Shown here: piece after piece, positions 1 through 6,291 of the stretch | How positions within the stretch are numbered: position 1 is the first letter of the stretch | Layout: every line of letters starts with the position of its first letter | From: Myxococcales bacterium | GTDB taxonomy: Bacteria > Myxococcota_A > UBA9042 | DNA length: 11,961 bases | Direction of reading: 5' to 3' | Assembly (NCBI GenBank): GCA_037441385.1 | Contig: JBBISH010000160.1 | Span: 1-11,961 of the forward strand | Notes under the pieces: generated by a model | Told to the model about the DNA's origin: nothing | Database searches by the model: none | What the model saw: only the letters and a program-made list of their open reading frames with translations | Made by a program: the position numbers and the translations under genes

Positions 1-80
1 GGCGAGGGGCAATGCAATTTCCCTTTACTCCTCGCCCACTTCAGTGGGAGAGGGGTCGGCCGTAGGCCGGGGGTGAGGGC
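1..80. repeat. REP/REPIN-like GC-rich intergenic palindromic element, probably truncated at the window edge
   Basis: Hairpin CCTCGCCCAC-TTCA-GTGGGAGAGG (30-53, one mismatch), then hairpin CGGCC-GTA-GGCCG (57-69), then tail GGGGTGAGGG. Bases 1-9 (GGCGAGGGG) are near-complementary to 28-36, suggesting an inverted partner unit to the left. The layout matches the CCCTCTCCC..GGGAGAGGG..GGGGTGAGGG type of intergenic palindrome. Confidence 0.6.
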
Positions 81-118
81 CATTCGACGTGGCGGCAGAG
101 TAGGCAACGGGTAAGGCA

Positions 119-156
119 GGCGATCGCGGCCCTTGCGGCTGCGGCGCCCGTTTTTT
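119..156 (+). terminator. Probable intrinsic terminator
   Basis: GC-rich stem 119-131 paired with 137-148 (two G-U pairs, one bulge, 5-nt loop), followed by CG and TTTTTT at 151-156. Confidence 0.55.
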
Positions 157-160
157 GCTG

Positions 161-188
161 TTGCCCCAGGGTGCGCATCGGGTACAGT
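161..188 (+). promoter_or_regulatory. Candidate sigma70-type promoter for the OPT gene
   Basis: TTGCCC (161-166), 16 nt, TACAGT (183-188). It lies between the terminator and the GGAGG RBS at 209-213. Confidence 0.35.
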
Positions 189-217
189 CGCGCCAGTCGA
201 CTTGGCCCGGAGGCACG

Positions 218-2284
218 ATGACCCGCGACGACGCCGCCCACCCGCAGACGGACGCCGATCTCCCGCACCCGCACACCAACCCCGCCGCCCTGCCCGACCT
301 GCTCGCCATTGCCGAAGAGGACCGCGAGCGCGTCTGGTTCCAGACCTACTACCAGGGCGACACCCAGAAACAGCTAACGGTGCGCGCGGTGGTGATGGGC
401 TCGCTGCTGGGCGCGTTCATGTCGCTGTCGAACCTGTACGTGGGCCTCAAGACCGGCTGGGGTCTGGGCGTGGCCATCACCTCGTGCATCCTGAGCTATG
501 CCATCTGGGAGTCGCTGCAAAAGGTCGGCCTGGCCAAGACTCCCATGACGATCCTGGAAAACAACTGCATGCAGTCGACCGCCAGCTCGGCGGGCTATTC
601 GACGGGCGGCACCATGGTCTCGGCCATTGCCGCCTATCTGCTCATCACAGGCCACAACATCGCATTCTGGCCGCTGTTTTGGTGGACGGTGTTCTTGGCC
701 CTGCTGGGCGTGACCATGGCCGTGCCGATGAAGCGGCAGATGATCAACCGCGAGCAGCTGAAGTTCCCGTCGGGCATCGCCGCGGCTGAGACGCTGCGTT
801 CGCTTCACGCCGCGGGCGGCGAGGCGATCATCAAGGCGCGCGCGCTGTTCTGGGCCATGGGCGCCGGTGCGGTGATCAAGTGGGCGATCGACGGTCAGGC
901 CGCGCTGGTGGCCCGCTTCAAGTGGCCCGAGTGGCTGGCCATCCCCAGCGAGCTGGGCCTGCCGTTCGTGCTGGGTCAGCGCAAGGCCGAGGCGTATGCC
1001 CTGGCCATCCCGGTTGATCCGATGATGATGGCTGCCGGTGCCATCGTGGGCATGCGGACGGCGATCTCGATGGCGACGGGAGCGGTGGTGGTGTTTGCCG
1101 TGCTGGCGCCGCAGCTGGATCAGGCGGGCGTGTTCCGCGACATGAAAGTGGCGGACCTGTCGGTGCAAATTGCCGATGTGGAGCGAGCCCTACCCAACGC
1201 GCCGCAGCCCACGACCTTGCAGGCCAAGCTGAAGGATCTGAAGGAGCACCGCGCCACCGTCGAGCGCGCCGGCATCGAGCCCCTGGGCATGGTGCGCAAA
1301 TGGTCGCTGTGGACCGGCTCGGCGATGATGGTCACGGCCGGCCTGACCGCCTTTGCTTTTCAGTGGCGGTCGGTGGCGCGCGCGCTGGGCGGCCTGGGGG
1401 CCCTGCTGCGCCGCCGCAAAGACGAACCGACCGGCGATGATCCGCTGGCCGCGATCGAGACGCCGGGCTCGTGGACGGCCTTGGCGCTCGCGATCTCGGG
1501 CGCGGGCTGCATCGCGGTCCTGCAGGTCGAGTGGGGGGTTCACTGGTATTGGGGGCTGCTGGCGGTCGCGCTGTCGTTCGTGCTCAGCCTGGTCGCGTGC
1601 CGCGCCACGGGCGAGACCGATATCACACCGGTGGGCGCGATGGGCAAGGTGACGCAGCTATTCTACGGCGTAGCGCTGCCCAGCAATGCCGTGGCGAACC
1701 TGATGACGGCGGGCATCACGGCGGGCGCGGCGGGCTCGTCGGCCGACCTGCTGTTGGACCTGAAAAGCGGCTATCTGCTGGGCGCCAACCCGCGCAAGCA
1801 GTACCTCGCCCAGCTGTGGGGCATCTTGGCGGGCACGGCGGTGGTGGTGCCGGTCTGGTACGTGCTGGTGCCCGACGCCAACGCCATCGGTTCGGCCAGC
1901 AAGAACTTCCCGGCGCCCGCAGCCGAAGTGTGGGCGTCGGTGGCCAAGTTGCTGGCTCAGGGCCTCAGCTCGCTGCACCCGACCATCCTGTGGGGCATGG
2001 CGGTGGGCGCCTTCTTGGGTGTCGCCCTCACCGTGGCCGACCAATTCGCCCCGGCGCGGATCAAGAAATGGCTGCCGTCGCCCACCGGCTTGGGGCTGGC
2101 TTGCGTAATCAACTTTGCGGATTCGCTAGCGTTCTTCATGGGCGCCTTGGCCGCATGGCTCTGGCAGCAAAAGAGCGAGAAGTCGTGGGACCTGCTCATG
2201 GTCCCCGTGGCGTCGGGCATCATCGCGGGCGAGTCGATCCTGGGCATCGCCATCGCGTTGGCCGGCGCCAGCGGCGTCCTTTGA
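218..2284 (+). CDS. OPT-family (oligopeptide/YSL-type) transporter, 688 aa
   Basis: ATG at 218 with GGAGG at 209-213. Family motifs QLTVRAVV, NLYVGLKTGW, ENNCMQSTASSAG, LKFPSGIAAAETL, GETDITPVGAMGKVTQL, DLKSGYLLGANPRKQ, FPAPAA and ASGIIAGES. Many hydrophobic segments and GC3-rich codons. Confidence 0.95.
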   Translation: MTRDDAAHPQTDADLPHPHTNPAALPDLLAIAEEDRERVWFQTYYQGDTQKQLTVRAVVMGSLLGAFMSLSNLYVGLKTGWGLGVAITSCILSYAIWESLQKVGLAKTPMTILENNCMQSTASSAGYSTGGTMVSAIAAYLLITGHNIAFWPLFWWTVFLALLGVTMAVPMKRQMINREQLKFPSGIAAAETLRSLHAAGGEAIIKARALFWAMGAGAVIKWAIDGQAALVARFKWPEWLAIPSELGLPFVLGQRKAEAYALAIPVDPMMMAAGAIVGMRTAISMATGAVVVFAVLAPQLDQAGVFRDMKVADLSVQIADVERALPNAPQPTTLQAKLKDLKEHRATVERAGIEPLGMVRKWSLWTGSAMMVTAGLTAFAFQWRSVARALGGLGALLRRRKDEPTGDDPLAAIETPGSWTALALAISGAGCIAVLQVEWGVHWYWGLLAVALSFVLSLVACRATGETDITPVGAMGKVTQLFYGVALPSNAVANLMTAGITAGAAGSSADLLLDLKSGYLLGANPRKQYLAQLWGILAGTAVVVPVWYVLVPDANAIGSASKNFPAPAAEVWASVAKLLAQGLSSLHPTILWGMAVGAFLGVALTVADQFAPARIKKWLPSPTGLGLACVINFADSLAFFMGALAAWLWQQKSEKSWDLLMVPVASGIIAGESILGIAIALAGASGVL

Positions 2285-2312
2285 CGCAACTGCGGCCACC
2301 CTGCGCGAGACC

Positions 2313-2341
2313 TTGACACAGCACGGCAAGCATCCTAATTC
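2313..2341 (+). promoter_or_regulatory. Candidate sigma70-type promoter for the 2441 lipoprotein gene
   Basis: Perfect TTGACA (2313-2318) in the intergenic gap, with AT-rich TAATTC 17 nt downstream. The -10 match is weak. Confidence 0.3.
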
Positions 2342-2440
2342 GCCACCGATTGCCCTGCGCCTCATGCTGTGCGCGGGACGTGCGTCGCGTGGTGCCGCCG
2401 TTCTGTCTCCGGCGCTGCTTGGCGCCCGCAAGGAGAGAAC

Positions 2441-4192
2441 ATGAGAAATTGTCTCGCGTTGGGCCTGATCCTGGCAACGGCCGCGCTCGCCGGCTGCGAG
2501 TCTTCTGCGGCCGGCACCGACGAGCCACAGACCTGCGTCGCGCTGGCACAAGAGTTCAAGGTTGACACGACCGTGCCCAAAGGCTGCTACATCGCAGCCA
2601 AAACTCCCACCATCGGCGACGGCGTGACCTTGACCTTGGCGGCGGGCGTGACGATCCGCTTCGACAGCGGCGCCGGACTGCTGTTCAGCGGCAACCGGGC
2701 CCTGATCGCCCAAGGCACCGCCGCCGCCCCGATCCTGCTCACCGGCTCGGCAAAGACGCGCGGCGCTTGGAACGGCCTGCGCTTGGACGGGACCGGCAGC
2801 AAGACCAGTAGCCTCAGCTACGTCACCGTGGAATATGCCGGCGCCACCAAAGGCGACACCAACGCCGCTGGCCTCAAAGCCACCGCCGACAGTACCGGCG
2901 TGGGTTTGAGCCTGCAGCATGTCACGGTGCGCCAAAGCCAGGGCTATGGGCTGTATCTGGTCGGCAGCGCCAAAATCGCCCAATTTGACCACAACACCTT
3001 GACCGCCAATGCCTTGGGGCCGGTCTGGTCCGACATCAACGCCGTGGGCTACTTGGACAGCACTTCGACCTACAAAGGCAACGATGTGGACCAAGTCCAC
3101 GTCCACGCTGGGGGATTGAACGAACACGCCACCTGGCAGGCGCTGGATGTCCCGTACTTGCTGGATAGCTCGACCAACGTCGCCGTGCCGTGGACGCTCG
3201 CCGCCGGCACGACCATCTTGGTCAGCAAAGACGCGTGGATCTCGGTCAACGGCGACGACGCCGCGCTGAACGCCGTGGGCACACAAGCCAAGCCCATCCG
3301 CTTCACCGGCACGGTGGCCGAACGCGGCGCCTGGGACTACTTGGTGTTCAGCGGCAGCAACCACCCCAGCAATCGGCTCGAGTGGGTAACTCTGGAAAAT
3401 GGCGGCTCGACCGCGCACGACAAATGGGGCGCATGCCTGCGCGCCACGGGCGACAGCCACGGCGTCACGGTCCCGATGGTCCACGTCACGGTCCAAAAGT
3501 GCCAGGGCTTTGGCGCCACCTTGACGGGCAGCACGGCGCTGCCGGGATTTGCCAACAACACCTTTACTGGCAACGGCTTGGGCCCCATGCGCATCGGCTC
3601 CACGGCGGTCTGGCAGCTGGACACGGCCTCGACCTACGCGGGCAACGACAAGGACGAAGTGAGCGTCGACGCCGATTGGATCGACAAGACCAGCAGTTGG
3701 CACGACCTGGGCGTGCCCTACCACCTGGACAACAACCTGCAGGTCAACGGCAAGGCCGACAAGCCGGTGGTCTGGACGATCGAACCCGGCGTCACCCTGA
3801 TCATGGATGAGGGCGTCTGGTTTGGCATTTCTGGCGACGATTCAGGCCTGCACGCCGTGGGCACCGCGGCCAAACCGATCACGTTTACCGGCGCGACCAA
3901 GCAGGCCGGCTTCTGGAGCGCGCTGTTGTTCGACACCAGCAACAACTCGGCCAACATGCTGGAGTACGCCACGATCGAGTACGGCGGCAGCGGCGTAAAG
4001 TCCAACATGGACAAGGGCTTAGTGACCGCGCGCGCCGACAGCCACGGCGTCCTAGTTACGGTCAAAAACTGCACACTCCGCCATGGCGCAGGCTACGGCC
4101 TGTGGCTGGGCGGGTCGGCCAAGACCAACGCCGACATCGACACTGCCAATACTTTTGAGGGCAACGCGCTAGGCAACGTGTTCCACGAGTAG
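2441..4192 (+). CDS. Lipoprotein with right-handed parallel beta-helix-like repeats (three internal modules), 583 aa
   Basis: ATG at 2441 after AAGGAG (2430-2435). Signal peptide MRNCLALGLILATAALAGC with LAGC lipobox. Three modules start at 2630, 3191 and 3773 and share xTLxxGxTI, L.A.GT.A.PI.FTG, G.W..L.F, L.YxTxEYGG and A.ADS.GV. Confidence 0.85.
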   Translation: MRNCLALGLILATAALAGCESSAAGTDEPQTCVALAQEFKVDTTVPKGCYIAAKTPTIGDGVTLTLAAGVTIRFDSGAGLLFSGNRALIAQGTAAAPILLTGSAKTRGAWNGLRLDGTGSKTSSLSYVTVEYAGATKGDTNAAGLKATADSTGVGLSLQHVTVRQSQGYGLYLVGSAKIAQFDHNTLTANALGPVWSDINAVGYLDSTSTYKGNDVDQVHVHAGGLNEHATWQALDVPYLLDSSTNVAVPWTLAAGTTILVSKDAWISVNGDDAALNAVGTQAKPIRFTGTVAERGAWDYLVFSGSNHPSNRLEWVTLENGGSTAHDKWGACLRATGDSHGVTVPMVHVTVQKCQGFGATLTGSTALPGFANNTFTGNGLGPMRIGSTAVWQLDTASTYAGNDKDEVSVDADWIDKTSSWHDLGVPYHLDNNLQVNGKADKPVVWTIEPGVTLIMDEGVWFGISGDDSGLHAVGTAAKPITFTGATKQAGFWSALLFDTSNNSANMLEYATIEYGGSGVKSNMDKGLVTARADSHGVLVTVKNCTLRHGAGYGLWLGGSAKTNADIDTANTFEGNALGNVFHE

Positions 4193-4223
4193 TCGCTTGG
4201 CGCGCCCAGAGAGTTCGCTGCCG

Positions 4224-6188
4224 CTACTGCTGGAACACAAAGCCGCACTGGTAGAACGTGCCCGTCACACTGGGGTTCTGCCCCGTCGCGCTCAGCTTGA
4301 CCAGGATCTTGCTGCCGCTGACCGCCACCTTGGTCAACACCAGGGTGTCGCCGCTCTCGGTCCCACTGCCGCCCGACACGGGCTGGCCCGCGCTGTTGAG
4401 CACGCTGACCGAGAAGCCCTGCAACCCCGATCCCGTGCTGGCCGCGCCGCAATACACCGACAGCTTGTTCAGGCCACTGGGCACCGCCACCGAGAAGTAG
4501 TCGACATCGCTGCCCTGATCAATCAGGTCGCCGCCAATGTAGGCCACTTTGCTGCCGCCGGCACCCGCCACCGGCGTGGCCAACGGTTCGGCCGTAGCCA
4601 GGCTGTTGTTGGCTTGCTCCTGCTTTTCCAACGGGTTGCTGCCGCCGGTGTAGTGGTCGACGACGTAGAACGGCTTGCCCGAGCCCGACGACTGCCCGGC
4701 AGACAACTGTAGGTAATACTTGGTGCCCAGCTTGACTGGCACCGACAGCCGCGGCGCATCGCTAGTCAGCTGGGCCACCACCGCGCCGGTCGCGTCGACT
4801 AGGCTTGCGGTCATGCTCGTCAGCGACGAGCCAGTGCCCAGCGGCAGGCCCGGCGTCCACGTCGTGAAATAGGCCGTGGCGCGCCCTTCAGTGACTGGCA
4901 CATCGGAGGGTGGCTGCAGGGCATACCAGTCGCCCTTGTCCGAACTGGCCAACTGCCCGACCAGGCTGCTGATCAAGTACTTGCCCTGGCTGTTGGTTTC
5001 GTACGTCACAAGATTTGCAGCGGTCTTGACGTCGTTGGGCTCGCTCTCGGCCTGAGCAAACGGTGGCGACAGCTGGGCGTTGTTCAGCAACACCACCGCA
5101 AAATCCGTCTGCGACTTGGCCTGCGGCGCGGCGCAGCTCAGGTTGGGGTTGGGGTTCGCGGCCAGCCAATCCCAGCATTCGCTGACTTTGACGTAGTAGG
5201 TGCCCGACTGCGGCAGCATGGTGATGAGGAAGCTGTCGTTGTCCGATCCCTCTGGGTTGTCGTCGTTGGCGGCGATCGGCTTGCCGCCGTACCACACTTC
5301 GATCACCGTATCGATGATTTGCGGGTCGTACGGGCTGCTCGCTTGGGCCGAGTTCAGCACCACACCGATTACGTCGCCCGCGTCGCCGTCAAAGGTGTAC
5401 CACAGCGGTCCCTTGGCCAGGTCGCCTTGCTGCTGCTTGGCCACCGCGATGGGCAGCGCGCCGTCCATCGACGAACCATCGGCACAGCCTGTGGTTTTCT
5501 CGTGCTGGCACTGGCCGTTGGCGCAGCTGTCGGCCGTGCAAGGGTCGCCGTCGTCGCAGTTCTTGACCTTGCCAACGCAAGTCTTGGCCGCGGTGCAGGT
5601 ATCGCCGCTGGTGCACATGTCGCCGTCGTTGCACGGCTGGTTGGCCAAGCTTTGGTACTTGCAGCCGCCGCCCTGGCACAGGTCTTTGGTGCACGGGTTG
5701 CCGTCTTCGCACTGCGCATCGTCGGGCGTGTTCTTGCACTTGCCGGCCAGGCACACGTCTTCGGTGCAGGCGATGCCGTCGTCGCAGTCGACCGGCACGC
5801 AACCGGTTGAGGTGGTGGTGTCTTTGCCCTTGGTGTCCATGGTGCTGACGCCGGTGCCGTCGCTAGAGGTGGTCCCGTCGGCCTGAGCGCCGCTAGACGT
5901 GCATTGCGAGTAGTACAGCCCCGGCTGGACCGACTGCACCACGCTGCAATAGCCAGTCGTCGGGCAGACTTCGATAAGGGTCCAGGTGGCGCCGCCCGTC
6001 GCCGCGGCCGTGCATTGCACGCGCGCCGAGCCGCTGCAGGTCTCTTTCTGGGTCGCCGGGTCGCACAGGCTGCCGATGACCGGACCGCCCCCGCCGCCGC
6101 CGCCACCGCCGCTAGCACCACAGCCCGCCGCAAGGCCCAGCAACAGGACAACGGGAATCCAACCACCACGGCTGCCAGCGCGCACCAT
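4224..6188 (-). CDS. Lipoprotein with Cys-rich CDDGxxCTxDxC repeats and tandem PPC-like beta-sandwich domains, 654 aa
   Basis: ATG at 6188 with AGGAG 5 nt upstream; alternative ATG at 6212. Signal ends LLLGLAAGC, followed by a poly-Gly linker. Four Cys repeats lie at 5484-5801. PPC-type motifs include DTVIEV..AANDD..DSFL..LPQSGTYYVKV, ESEPND, EQANNSLATA and DVDYFSV. Confidence 0.85.
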   Translation of the reverse strand: MVRAGSRGGWIPVVLLLGLAAGCGASGGGGGGGGGPVIGSLCDPATQKETCSGSARVQCTAAATGGATWTLIEVCPTTGYCSVVQSVQPGLYYSQCTSSGAQADGTTSSDGTGVSTMDTKGKDTTTSTGCVPVDCDDGIACTEDVCLAGKCKNTPDDAQCEDGNPCTKDLCQGGGCKYQSLANQPCNDGDMCTSGDTCTAAKTCVGKVKNCDDGDPCTADSCANGQCQHEKTTGCADGSSMDGALPIAVAKQQQGDLAKGPLWYTFDGDAGDVIGVVLNSAQASSPYDPQIIDTVIEVWYGGKPIAANDDNPEGSDNDSFLITMLPQSGTYYVKVSECWDWLAANPNPNLSCAAPQAKSQTDFAVVLLNNAQLSPPFAQAESEPNDVKTAANLVTYETNSQGKYLISSLVGQLASSDKGDWYALQPPSDVPVTEGRATAYFTTWTPGLPLGTGSSLTSMTASLVDATGAVVAQLTSDAPRLSVPVKLGTKYYLQLSAGQSSGSGKPFYVVDHYTGGSNPLEKQEQANNSLATAEPLATPVAGAGGSKVAYIGGDLIDQGSDVDYFSVAVPSGLNKLSVYCGAASTGSGLQGFSVSVLNSAGQPVSGGSGTESGDTLVLTKVAVSGSKILVKLSATGQNPSVTGTFYQCGFVFQQ

Positions 6189-6228
6189 CGCCACTCCTGC
6201 ACACGGGACCATCGGGCCCGGAGTAGCA

Positions 6229-6237
6229 AGTCTAGCA
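6229..6237 (-). promoter_or_regulatory. Candidate extended -10 element for the 6188 gene
   Basis: The minus strand reads TGC-TAGACT (TGn plus TAnnnT) about 40 nt upstream of the ATG. The -35 position (CTGCAA) is weak. Confidence 0.35.
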
Positions 6238-6257
6238 TTCTTGGCGCGCGGTTGCAG

Positions 6258-6274
6258 CCCGCCGATGCGGCGGG
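6258..6274. other. Short intergenic hairpin downstream of the 6292 stop
   Basis: CCCGCCG-ATG-CGGCGGG, a perfect 7-bp stem with no U-tract. Confidence 0.3.
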
Positions 6275-6291
6275 ATCCTTGGAGCTTGAGG

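Noticed and set aside
155..217. Longer ORF-track starts (155, and likewise 2369 and 9509)
   Set aside because: The downstream ATGs at 218, 2441 and 9425 have well-spaced RBS motifs and give sensible N-termini or signal peptides.
2126..3724. 532-aa minus-strand ORF
   Set aside because: Antisense shadow of the beta-helix lipoprotein, typical of high-GC DNA.
4193..4223. Terminator between the convergent genes
   Set aside because: No convincing stem-loop or U-tract in the 31-bp gap.
6241..6256. Sigma54-like TTGGCGCGCGGTTGCA
   Set aside because: The GG-to-GC spacing is 9 nt rather than the required 10, and it points antisense to the flanking genes.
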